A stretch of DNA of 64,000 nucleotides from assembly GCA_965645245.1 (NCBI GenBank), contig OZ287075.1, positions 1-64,000 on the forward strand, given 5' to 3'. The DNA comes from Massalongia carnosa. Lineage: Eukaryota. Below, piece after piece: positions 24,100 through 36,759 of this stretch. Position numbers and translations under genes: made by a program. The notes below the pieces were generated by a model. It had not been told where the DNA came from and made no database searches. It saw only the letters and a list, made by a program, of their open reading frames with translations. Numbering within the stretch: position 1 is the first letter of the stretch; the number at the start of each line of letters is the position of its first letter.

Positions 24100-27000
24100 C
24101 AGTGTTCGCAATGGAGTGATTCTTAATGGATATCCACTCCATTTAATCCACTCCAATCCACTCCAAAGGTTTTTTTTTTAAATGGAGTCCATCCAATAAG
24201 GTTTTAGGCTTAATGGAGTCACTCCAATAAGGATTTATCTAATGGAGTGGACTCCATGGAGTCCAATGGATTAGGGCCTAAAAATAGGTGGTGTTTTAGG
24301 TATAGCTCCAGGGGCCTTAAAGCTATGGTAATTCCCACATTTTAAGTGATATTTCACTTGTTTTACTGCTTTTATTCGTGTCAACCTACAAATATCACTT
24401 GCTATGGACTGAATTTGCTTCTATTTAAACTAGAAACCACCAAAATCCGTCCCGAACCGTACTTGCAGTGATGTCTGATATTAGTGACGATACAACTACA
24501 ACCCGCCCCGACCCTGGCGAGACAGAGTCAGTATTTGAGCTTCCTGGAGCATGTGATATCGACGTTCCTGAACGTATTACGCGTGGCAGAAAGCGTACGG
24601 TTGGTTCAGCAGAGCTTGGGAATGAAGCTTCAAGAGTATTGATCCATATCCTTTATTTAATCAAGCTTATATATTAATATATGGCAGAGGTCTCCATCCC
24701 AGTCAGCCCTGAGCTTTTCTCGACGTTCCCCTGCACCCTTCACGACTTCCCAAGCTACGGAGCGTCCCCATATCATCCTGAGCGGCACTATATACTCTGA
24801 GAACGACAGGAACGCTCCTGGTAACCATTCCAGCAGCCCTTCTAGGCCGTCACCTATAACCTCTATTGAAGGCAGGGTTATTGGTGGCCGGTTTTCGTCT
24901 CCTACAAGTGGAATAGCTTCAAAGAGAGCTAGAGCGAGCCGTAGTTGGATATGGGATTGGGGCACCAAGGCAGAGAGGGAGGGCAAGGCCTATTGGGTGT
25001 GTAACAAATGTAAAGTACCAGATTTATACTTATTTGCCATGTTTGCTATGAAAATTTGTATAGAACTCAGTGTAATTCCGCCCATTTTATATGTACCGAA
25101 CTATCGAGTTGTCATTTTGACATGTACTATACATTTGTCCAATATCTATTTAATTTATATTAACGATTATTAAAGCTAATTAACTACAGGTGTTGCAGAC
25201 GGTTCTAATACTGAGTATATGATCACAAACGGCACTGCTTCATGTGGAGAGCACTTACGAAAGGACCATAATCTTGTTCCACCTAAGGAAGCAGCTGCTA
25301 GGGCATCTATCTCTGTTGTTGAACATCTTCAACAATGGGTAGTAGTTGCTCCTTTTAGTCCAGAAGTCTTTCGACAAAAGCTCTTACGATTTCTTTGTAT
25401 TTGTCATATTCCTTTTGCCATTGTAGAGCAGCGTGCTTTTCGAGACCTGCTTTTATATTCAAGTCCGTATTTACGAGGCAATGATACACTCCCCAAGTCG
25501 GGCAATTCCATTAAAGCTGCACTATTAGAGATATTTCTAGCTTGTCAACTTGTATTGATTCAGTTATTAGTGGAAAGCAACTGCCAAGTCCATATATCCT
25601 TTGACTTATGGTCGTCTCCTAATAATTTCTCTATGCTAGGTCTTTGCTGTCACTTTATTGATCGTTCCTGGCAAGCACGTACAGTGATTCTTGGCATGAA
25701 GCGTCTTATTGGACCCCATAGTGGAGAGAATATGTCAAAATTAATAGTCAAGGCCCTTGAAGTTTATAAACTAGGGGGTAGGCTCGGCTACTGTGTTTTG
25801 GATAATGCCGGTGATAATGACACTTGCTTGAGAGCAGTCGAGGAACATCTCCTTTTGCAGGGAGTTAGGTGGGACGCTGATACTCACCGACTAAGTTGTT
25901 TCGGCCATATCGTTAATCTCGTGGCAACTGCATTCTTAGAGAACAAACCTACGAAGCAAGCGCGTCAACGACTCCCAGGGGAGCCCAAGGCAGTCTGGAA
26001 ACGTCCAATAGATGCTATTACGAAGCTTCATGTGATTATTGTCTTTATAATGGCCACCGCTCAAAGGATCGAGCAGTTTGAAGGGATTAATAAGACGATT
26101 CAAGACCCTCTCTTGCATCCAATTAAAGAGCAAATCACTAGATGGTTTTCAACTCTTAATATGCTTCGACGGGCCATTCAAATCAAAGACTCTCTTGATC
26201 TATTCGTCCATCGTAACTCTGAGCAATCATTTACTGAGAAGACTCTTTTTGATTCGCAAATGACGGTTGACGATTGGAACTACGCCAAGGAAGTGATTGC
26301 TTTTATGGAACCACTCGAAGAGCTTATGATGAGTTTACAAGGAAGAGAGATGTCTGGTATATTATATAAGCTTTAAATAACTCGATAATCACTAAGCTTT
26401 TAATAAGGAATAATGGTTACGCTCACCAAGTGCTCCCTTCATATGATTTAATAAAAAAGGGGATGGAAGAGCAGCTATTTGGCTTTGAGCTTGATGAAGT
26501 CGATCAGTCAAACCCACAGGAACTAGCTAGTAAACGACTGGAACTGAACATTATTAACGCCATGCAAAAGCTAGAGAAATACCGTCAACTACTCACTTCC
26601 CCTATTTATTTAGTGGCCGTCGTCCTGATGCCCTGGTATAAGTGGACTTATTTTGAGGATAGTATGAGTGCTAGTGACCTTGCTCAAGCTCGTACGAAGG
26701 TCCAAAAACTTTGGCAAGACTTATATGCAAATATAGATGTTGCTGAAGATGATACACCGTCACCTGGAAGTCAAAATAATAAGGTATATTAACACTTATT
26801 AATATAAAAACACGGCTAACTATATTTGTAGCACGCTAAGCCCTCCCTTTTGAAGGAACACCTTAAAAGGAGTACAAACAAAGCTAAATCCACTGTCAGA
26901 GATGAATATAGACGGTACTGTAATACAGAACCAGTTGATGAAGATGGTTGCGGGTTCTCTGGCCACTTAGAATGGTGGAAAGCTCACGAGCCTCACTATC

Positions 27001-27908
27001 CTAGACTAGCTCAAATGGCCAGGGATATATTCTCTGTGCCTGGCATGAGTGCAGAGGTCGAACGCTTGTTCTCTTCGTCCAAATTGATGATTCCAGATCA
27101 TAGGAATCGTCTAAAACCCGACTTTATTGAGGCAGGAGAGTGTATTAGAAGCTGGGCCATGGGTGGGCTAGTTCTAGGAGACTATTTCGAGTACTTACCA
27201 GCGTACCAGAAGGCAGGAGAGAAGTTCGGGGATCAAGGGAACCCATAGGAGGTGGGATGAGTGCATGGTTGCCAAGGGGGCTAGAAGTTGATATTTGCTA
27301 TGTTTGATGGCAAATTTGGCATTGCTGGAAAGGTTCTTTTAGGTATCTTTTGAATTTTTCCTAGTTAATTTTAGTTGAAAGGTTCAAAAACTACTTTGAG
27401 TTCGTGGAGAACAAATGCAAAAACACTCCTTCGTCATCACTTCAACATCGCAACCTCAATCTACCACCTATATTTCAGACTCTACCCCCTAGCCGAGGTT
27501 TACCGGGCCATGGAAGGTGCGAAAATCCAGCCAAAATCATCAAAACACAAAGGTCGTCGTCCTCGCTTAGCTGGGTCGTCGTCTCGATTAGGCAATTTAT
27601 ATCTACTACAAAGTGGTTTCACGCTCGAGGGAGGTTCCGGAAAGGTTTGTACGCACTGCACTTCAGTGGAGTCCATGGAGTCCATGGATTAAATGGATTA
27701 AATGGATTTAATCCAGTGGAGTCCACTGGATATACTCCACTGGAGATCCATGGACTCCGATCCACTCCATCCATTAAATATATTCCTTAATGGAGTCCAA
27801 TCCATTAAGGTTTAATCTTAATGGACTCTAATCCATATAGGTCTAGACTTAATGGATTGGATTGGAGCGCCACTCCAATCCAATCCAGTCACTCCATTGC
27901 GAACACTG
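24100..27908 (+). mobile_element. hAT DNA transposon
   Basis: 20-bp TIR CAGTGTTCGCAATGGAGTGA; subterminal TGGAGT/ACTCCA/ATGGATT repeats at both ends; no 8-bp TSD. Confidence 0.95.
24471..27248 (+). CDS. hAT transposase, 5 exons (~24471-24635, 24688-25009, 25190-26356, ~26408-26783, 26832-27248)
   Basis: BED finger (SWIW..CNKC..HLRKDH) split by an intron; SFDLWSS, LDNA, CFGH, TRWFS, SAEVERLFS; exon 3/4 phase ambiguous. Confidence 0.88.
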
Positions 27909-28299
27909 GTTAGTTCAGTTCAATTTAGTTATAGAGCTTCAAGCGCAGCATATCAGTCTTTTCATTGATTCAGTGCAGCTCCCTCAGCCCCTTTTATTTC
28001 AACAGAGGGCATGCTATCAACTTGCTGTTGGAGTGACGACGAAGATGTTTGCGGTGAAAGTGAGTTTTTAGATCACCCCGGCTGTGAAAGGATTTCAGGC
28101 GTGTCACTGCCGGTAATCCTTCCTTGCCAAGGCAGAAGATGCATTGAATAGATTTACAATCGATTGAGATGAAGTCTGAAAGACTCGGCGGATCAAGGAC
28201 GGATAGCGGTGTTACATCTCGTTCGGGCCTGTTATTCGAGGCGGAATGCTTTGAATAGTGTGCACACCTGGCTTCCTATTAGCGTCCCAGCTGACTAAC

Positions 28300-28630
28300 C
28301 TGGCTGCGATAACATATTCGCAGCCAAGAAGTTGAATATGAGCTTACCCCGCATCGGATGAATGGTGCGGTCCCTCCAGCAACACTTCTAGAATGCATCA
28401 ACCCACTGCTCACGGACGAAACTGCCGAGTGGGCAGAAACAAACCCGGATGCCGCCCGCCTCCTCGCAGACGAGGAGCTCACTGCGGAGACTGCCCTTGC
28501 TTTCCGGAATCTATTTCGGGAAAGATTCTCTGCAAGATCCATTGACTCCTTCACGGTGAGTTTCGATATAGAAATTAGTGAGCTGAAGCGAAAGCCCGAT
28601 GAGCCCATTACCTCCTATTATAAACACAGC
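28300..28630 (+). pseudogene. Degenerate retrotransposon gag fragment
   Basis: AEWAE...FRERF...ISELKRKPDEPITSYY resembles the retrotransposon-gag domain. Confidence 0.6.
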
Positions 28631-29842
28631 CCAACCAGCAACCCGCACGGCATCCACAATGTGCAGTAGTAGCAACGGTAAATATATCTTCTTTCCAAAC
28701 TCACAGCTTTACCTTCCTCCCTCAGGCTAAATCATATTTACCCGTACACAGAAAGGTAGAAGACAAACAAAATGGTAAACAGAAATGCATAAAGCGATTG
28801 ACAGAGGAGTCGTGAACAGGATGACGATGAACATGAGGATGGGGCTAGGATGACCTTGATAAAGGCACCTTTGTTGTCAGCAACTTTTGGTCCTCTTGTC
28901 TTGGCTTATCATGCCCGCACTCGCCCACCTCCTTATGACCACAGTCTTCTCGCAGCCCCCGCCTGGTTGCGCGCAAGACTATCGAAGATTACGGCCATTT
29001 CATGTAGGTGGCCTGCTCTGGCCAAACTCTAATAATTTTCCGCTTGATCATGCCAACTTAACGTCTTATAAAAGGTCTACTTTTATGTCCTTGCAATGCG
29101 GATTTAAGCGACGGCGCCAAGTCTCAACAACTTAGTCCGGATAGTTAGTTATATGTTCAACCGAAATTATTGCCCCAAAAGTTTGATTCCGCTAGGCAAG
29201 TGCCAAGCTTTGATCTTTCTCTAATATATTGCACACCATGCTTTCATCAAGTAACGAACGTACCCACTCATGAATAGTATGATTCACGTGTAGGTATAAT
29301 AGCATGATTGTCATTGAAGGTAATTACCAGTCATACTATAGAAAGCTGACATAACTAGATCAGGCGGACGGCTGGCATGTGATGTATGGAATATTTAATC
29401 GACTATCGCTTCTAGCTAGCTTTCTTTAGCTTCCCCCTTGTTATGATAATTCTCTGGCCAAGTGACCATAGTGGATGAGGGAGGTGAAACCATGCTCATC
29501 ACCGAAGTCGAGGCCACAGGGCAGCTCGCTATTATAGCTTGTGCCTAAGGAAGGATGTCTCGATATGGGATTGAGCGTGCTGTTATGCAGGCTGCCACAG
29601 AGACAACGAGTTGAGATGTGGGATAAATCAACGGCAAGGCTTTCCATCATTCTTGCTATGTATACATAGAATCTTTGGGCGTCTTTTAATATTATTTTGT
29701 ATATCTAATTGATCGACCTCGCTATCCTCCAGTTAATTAGCTCTATTAATTCCGTCCGATGCAGAACCCAAACCCCAATACCTTTAGAAATGTAAGCCAT
29801 CACGGCAGTGATGTGTGAGTCCAGGATTGTAAATGCCGCAAC

Positions 29843-30549
29843 ATGGGTCGCCCCCTTGCTAAAGCGAAGAGCCCGAGCAAGGGCAAAGCGACTGCCAGCA
29901 AGAGTCCTGTCAAGGCTAGGGAAAAGGCAATCCCCCAACGGCTGCGTACCGACAAGGACCCGTCTACCGTGAGCTGCCTCCGCTGTTCCAAGCGGTTGAA
30001 GTTTAAGGGTAGTGGTCCTTGCGTGTTTAAGCCGGGGTGCACTATCTACACATTGTGTACAAAGAAACATGCTCCTTGCTTTAAGGTAAGTGAGCTTGAC
30101 CAAACCCGTATGCTGTCCTGACGTAATCCGCAGGTGCCTCGTTGGTTTCGCCACCATGTGGCAGGACTCGAAGAGGAGGCAGTTGAGATGGCTGACATTG
30201 ATGACGCAGATGAGTGGCGTACTGCGTTTACTCGTCTGCGTGCGTGGGTGGTGCTTTATACACCAAGCGTGTAGAGCGCTACCTGCGCATTCATCGGGTG
30301 AAGGATAAGGATGTCCCGCGGGCCACCCTTCTGGTACTCGGTCGACTTACCGACGCCGCCGAGAAGATGCTCAAGGTGATGAAGTGGCAGGTCAGCTGTC
30401 AACTGAGCTTGGCTGTGTTATCTTACTGATTCCTGTAGGCCAACATGCCTGTGGATGATGAGGACGAGGATTTTGAGGGGTTTGACTCGGACACGTCGAG
30501 TCAAATCGACGAGGAGGACGTGGATGCGGCGGAGCTTGAGCCTGCCTAG
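29843..30549 (+). pseudogene. Three-exon Cys-rich (Zn-cluster-like) protein with acidic tail, ~200 aa, one frameshift
   Basis: Exons 29843-30085, 30134-30390, 30439-30549; GTAAGT..CTGAC..CAG and GTCAGC..CTGAT..TAG introns; CLRC-x11-C-x5-C..C-x6-C. Confidence 0.7.
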
Positions 30550-31174
30550 ATTATTTTTCCTTTTGTTTTCCCTTTATTTACTTGTGGCCTTCGGCTAGCA
30601 CGTGGCTCAGTGGCGGTGCTTGGATGGTTCTTGTGCTTCTTTTTAGAAGCGTTTAATCCATTCCTCATTTGTCGCCTTTAAGCTTGATTGATTGTGACCT
30701 GAAATGAATGTGCATCTCAGTTGAGTCGTCGTCGTTTCTTGGGTGGCCCACCACTTGGTGGTTATTTGGATACTGTTGTAATGTGCAAAGTCACCCGGCT
30801 GATGCCTAGTAAAGTGTTCAGAGTCACATAGTACCGCATTGGGATTAGTGCGTTGGTGAGAACATTAGGCAACACATAACGACCTCGAGAAGCACCGCAA
30901 AACTTCTATGAACATTCCCATCGAGTCATAAATTGGATATGAGTCAATCACCAATCTTAGATTTCTAGGAAGCAGGAAGGTGAGTCATAGGGAGAACGGT
31001 TTTCGGCATGTTTTTCTATCTATATAAACACGGTCCTTAGATAGGTAGATAAAAAAAATATCAATCGTTTCAAAAGTGAGCTTTTTACTATGCCAGCAGA
31101 GCTTCAATTACAATAGGTTATGAGCCCGGAAAGCAATTTTTTCTTCCGCATAAATTAATCTATCTATTCTGTTG

Positions 31175-31717
31175 CTAGTTCGTGTCAATCTCGTTATATT
31201 GCTACTAAGTATGTTTGGGCTATTGCTCACAGCCCCCGGCCTCGAGAGGGGGACTCGATAAGGGCCTTGCTGTCTACTAATGTAAGACCCTCTCGCAGGC
31301 CTTGGGCTGTGAACAGACTCCCTCTATCTAAGCGACAGAAGAACTGGAGTGGGTGGGTGGGAAAGAAAACGTTGCAAACAGTGCTATCAAAATGCTATGC
31401 TTTTTGATTGTCTTGAGATGTGAGATGATGAGGGATACCGTCTGGGACCTCCTCTTTATATATCTTCTTCCTATTCTCCTTGTCCTACTCTACCATCCCA
31501 GTATGCCCCATCAACGCGGCCCATAGCAAGGCATACACAAATCCGAAACCTAACTGTCGTCCGAAGGATCGATGCGGTGCTAAGATCTCTATGCCGTGCT
31601 GAGACATCCTTATGGTGCTGAGACATCTATGCCGTCCGAGAGATCCATGCGGTGCCGAAATCAAAGCGGGAGCTGTCTCGATTAACGACGCACTAGCTCT
31701 CAGCATAGCCGAACTAG
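31175..31717 (-). mobile_element. Solo A+B repeat of the Ngaro #2 family
   Basis: 543 bp matching 41973-42515; ends CTAGTTCG...CGAACTAG. Confidence 0.93.
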
Positions 31718-31781
31718 TTTTTCAAAGTTACGAAGCCATACTTCTCTTCGTTCCATCCATCAGTTCTCCTATTATTGGACC

Positions 31782-34700
31782 ATGTCTGGAAAAGAGAGCG
31801 ATTCCGCAGCTCCCGCGAAAGAGGGCACAACCCCTGATGGATCATATTCAAAAGCCATTCGAAAAGGAGACTATAAAGTAGAGCCGAAGCTTGGGTCCAA
31901 CAACTATCTGACCTGGGCCGATGACATGCAACTTCTTCTCAAATCTAAAAGGATGTGGAGGATAGTAAACGGGGCCATTTCTTCTCCAGACCCTGTCACC
32001 CATCCGAAAGACTATGAGGAATGGTTTACTGATGACACTCAGGCACAGCTCTGGATCAGGGGCAATATAGAAAAGTCTCAATATGTCACTGTTAGGAACA
32101 AGGAGACCGCAAAGGATGTTTGGGCAGCATTGAGGAACGTCCATGGAGTCAAAGCCAAAAGCAGAATATGTGTGCTTCACAGAAAATTCTATACATATGA
32201 AATGTCAGTCGATCAACCTATCGATGAGGTCGCCAATGAATTGCAGAACCTTGCGATGGAAATCGCAGATATAAAGACTTCAGAACAGCCATCAGATCTG
32301 TCTGTGGCCATGACCCTCATAAACGCCATTAAGGACCCAGCTTATGACACCGCGAAGTTCATCCTTGAAGACCTTGGTGATCCCACATTAGAAAAGACTC
32401 TGGAAAGCCTAAAACGGGTGGAGCAACGACTAAAAGATGGGCAAGAGACCGAGACGGCCAATAAGGCCATTAACAAGGGTAAGGCAATCCCCAAATGCTC
32501 ACATTGCCCAAAGAGGCATAATAGCAATGATTGCTGGGACTGGCAGGACAACACAGATGAAGGTAAAAAATGGGTCAAAGAACACCCTAATGAGGTGAAA
32601 CCTAGACCAGAAAATAACCGAAAACCAAAGAGTGATAACAAGCAGTCCAAAAACAAACCGAGAGGAAGGGGGGCAGCACGAGCAGCAAAGGATGAATCGA
32701 ATAGTGATAGTGAGAATAGTGCGTGGATGGCGCAAGATGATCAACACTCACCTGGATGGGTAATCGACTCAGGAGCCTCCAGGCATATGACATACAACAA
32801 ATCGATCTTCACCCAAATCAAGCCATACCGGACCACCATTAGAATTGCAAACGGCGAAAAACTCTTCTCCGTAGGAGTAGGTACGATTTGCACCAATATC
32901 GATGGGAAAAATATCCGGATGACAAACGTTCTATTCGTGCCTGAACTAGACGTCAACTTGCTATCAATTGCAGCCCTTAATCGGAAGGGTTTGAACGTTT
33001 CATTTAACCGGAGAGGTGTCGAGATTTTCATGGATGGTACTTTGGTCGCTACCGGAATTCTTAGGGGACGGGCGTACTTCCTCCACACATCTCATGTGGC
33101 CCTCGAAGCCCATGATGAAAATGATGATTTAGATGGCCCCGAACCACCGGCAAACCTTAAATCAACCACATATCTGACCTTGCTTTCCTCCGGCGAAATT
33201 CAACCCAAAACTCCTCCTCCTATTACCCCTGACTGCATCGATAGCGATCCAGTGGGAGCACCCAAAGAGACCACCAATGAGGCCACCAATGAGGCCCAAT
33301 ATTGGTTATGGCACACACGATTGGGGCACCCCAATGATATACGACTTCAACAAGCAACAGGGAAGAAATTTTCAAAGGCAATTCTGGACCTACCGTGCCA
33401 GATTTGCAATTTAACTAAGATGACCCGTACAATCAGCAAAATTCCTTTCTCGAAGGCAAATAGACCACTCGATAGAATACATACTGACGTTTGGGGTCCA
33501 TATAAGAAGGCCAGTTTAGGTGGGCATACCTAATTCGTTTCTTTGATAGACGACTATACCCGAAAATCTTGGCTCTTCTGTATGAAAAGTAGGGCAGACA
33601 TATACCGCATCATAAAAGACTGGAAGGCAATGGTCGAGTTGGAAAAGGGGCTCAAAATCATTCGCTTTCGTGCTGATAATGCCAAAGAGTATAAATATCT
33701 CGCAGAGCAACTTCAGCCATTAGGAATTCGTATGGAGCCAACCACCGCATACACGCCCCAGCAGAACGGTGTCGCCGAAAGATTCAATAGAACCATTGTT
33801 CAAATGGTAAGGTCTATGTTGGTATGGGCCAAATTGCCACAATCTTTCTGGGGGGAAGCAGCAGTAGCAGCAAACCACCTCAGAAACTTCTTACCTACCA
33901 CCAACACCACGTCGCCTAATGAGTCTTAGACCGGGCTAAGACCTAACATCAACACTCTTCGTACGTTCGGATGCGTCTCTTTTGTGCATGTCCCAATGGA
34001 AAAACGCTCCAAACTAGATAATGTGTCATATCAGGCAATATTCACCGGATATCATTCAAGCAATCAATATAGGTTATAAAATGTGGAAACAAAAAAGGTG
34101 GAAATTCAGACTTCAATAAAGTTTGATGAAAAAAGACCGGGGGGATCCTTACTTACAAAAGGCCTATCATCCCCGTCCGTCGTCCTAAATGACGATGACT
34201 CTTCCGATGACAATGAATCGTCACCACCAACCAAAAACCCTGCTACTGATCAAGTGGGAGTTCCTACTAATGGTGATCAGCACCAGGGCGATGGTATTCA
34301 GCATCAGGATGATGATGCAGGTGCTCAGGATAATCTGCACCAAGATGATGCAGGTGCCCAGCACCAAAACAACCAAACTCAGGAGACAAATAGGACCCCT
34401 TCTTCATCACCTACCAGACGTTCCAACCGCAGGAAAGATGTGTATAACCGATACGAATCCGATAACTCTTATGGAAACAAAAAGGACCGGGACCGGGCAA
34501 ATATAGCAAAACAACCATCCAAAGTGTACGAGCCGCAGTCATATAATCATGCCATGCAATGCACTGGCCATCGCAAATGGAAAATTGCTATTCAAGACGA
34601 ATTAAATGCTCTTGCCGCCAATAATACATGGAAATATGTTGAAAGACCAGCAGATAAGAACATCATCACCGCTAGATGGGTCTTCAAAGTGAAATATACC

Positions 34701-36068
34701 CCTACTAACCATGTTGACCGCTATAAAGCACGATTAGTAGCAAGGGGCTTCAAACAAATCCCCGGGACAGACTATGGGGACACGTTTTCACCCACCCTAA
34801 GGTATGAATCCTTACGAATGCTCCTATATTTCGCATGTAAATATAACTTCCATATTGAGCAAATGGACGCACCAAATGCATACTTGCAAAGCTCCCTAGA
34901 TGACGAAATCTATATGGAGCCTCCCCAAGGCTTGGTGCTTCCCCCACATCTGACGAACCATGTGTTGCGCGTTCTGAAAGGACTCTATGGTCTCAAACAA
35001 TCTGGCCGAGGATGGAATAAAAAGATAACCAATTATCTAACATCCATTGGTTTCAAAGCGCTCTCAGGAGACAATTGTGTGTTCGTTAATCACACTACCC
35101 ACGTTATCATTAGCCTTTATGTTGATGATTTTCTGATATTTTCCAAAAGCATGACAGCCATAAAGGAGCTCAAAAGTCTACTAATAAAGGAATATAATAT
35201 GAAAGACTTAGGGCCAGCAAAGTTCATCTTAGAGATTCGCATACGTCGCGAGAAAGACAAAATAATGATTGACCAATCATCTTACATTCCCAGCTTCCTG
35301 CAGAAATATAAGACGGATAAAGCAAATTCAGTCCTTACCCCTATGATCAACTATGATGCATGCAGTCCTGCCATCGTCAACGAACCTAGGACAAACCAAT
35401 TAGAATATCAAGAACGGATAGGGAGTTTGATGTTTTTGATGATCAACACGCGACCAGACATTGCCCAAGCAGTTGGAAAGCTTAGTCAATATACGCACGA
35501 TCCAGCAATTAGGCACCGAAACGCGGTAGACCATCTCATGAAATATCTGAATGGGACCACGAATTTGGCACTTACCTACGAACCCAATGACACCGGACCC
35601 ACTAGTTATGCTGATGCAGCGTATGGTGATAACCATGATAGAAAATCATCATATGGCCACGTTCTGATGCTAGGAAACGGGGCAGTTATATGGGCCAGTA
35701 AGAGGCAACGGTCAGTCGTCACATCCACCATGGAAGCAGAGTATTCTTCCATGTGCCAGGCTTCAAAAGATATAGTGTGGGCAACTAGATGGTTCGGAGA
35801 GTTGAACTTCTCCAAAGATATGAACCTACCAATTATCCTAAATGGCGACAACCAGGGTACGCTCGATTTGATAAAAAACCCTGAGCACCATAGTCGGTCC
35901 AAACATATGGATATTCAGCTTCATTATCTTCGGGAGGTCGTTGAAGACAACTATGCCACTATACAGCACGTATCCACTCACGATATGGTGGCAGATATCT
36001 TCACTAAACCACTGGCGGCACCTATCTTTCGAAAGTTGCGCGAGAAATTAGGCCTAAGAGAGGCATAG
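31782..36068 (+). pseudogene. Copia D gag-pol
   Basis: WVIDSGAS, WHTRLGH, QNGVAER, YVDD, YADAAY; in-frame stops at 33531, 33927 and ~34076. Confidence 0.93.
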
Positions 36069-36759
36069 GAAGATAGAGGACGCTTCATCATAAGGCCACC
36101 TAAATTGACCACATAGGCCACACAAAATCAGATTGGAAACCGGCGTTTAGGATATTATTACTCACCTGGCAACTTTGCAGTGGGAGTGTTGTAATGTGCA
36201 AAGTCACCCGGCTGATGCCTAGTAAAGTGTTCAGAGTCACATAGTACCGCATTGGGATTAGTGCGTTGGTGAGAACATTAGGCAACACATAACGACCTCG
36301 AGAAGCACCGCAAAACTTCTATGAACATTCCCATCGAGTCATAAATTGGATATGAGTCAATCACCAATCTTAGATTTCTAGGAAGCAGGAAGGTGAGTCA
36401 TCGGGAGAACGGTTTTCGGCATGTTTTTCTATCTATATAAACACGGTCCTTAGATAGGTAGATAAAAAAAATATCAATCGTTTCAAAAGTGAGCTTTTTA
36501 CTATGCCAGCAGAGCTTCAATTACAATAGATACCTCTCATCATTGCTCGCGGTCTCGACCTCTATTCATATATTCATCTAATATATGTAACTTGTTGACA
36601 TTCGTTCTGTTCCGCCTACATTATAAATCGTTTAATTATATTGAATGTTCAACTTCTACAAGCATTGCCTAGCCGATAGATTAGATCTTATCTCATCTAA
36701 TCTAATCTCATAGAGGCTCGGATAAACTATTATCATCTCGCTTAGCAGAGGTGACCAAC

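Larger units (their letters stand above)
30774..36528 (+). mobile_element. Ty1/copia element D (related to A), full length and defective
   Basis: 342-bp LTRs at 30774-31115 and 36187-36528 (1 difference, TG...TA); TSD GATAC; PBS 31116-31128; same PPT as copia A. Confidence 0.97.

Noticed and set aside
31485..31706. 73-aa ORF present three times (also 42283 and 46679)
   Set aside because: Lies in Ngaro repeat A; its recurrence reflects the repeat, and it has no recognisable domain
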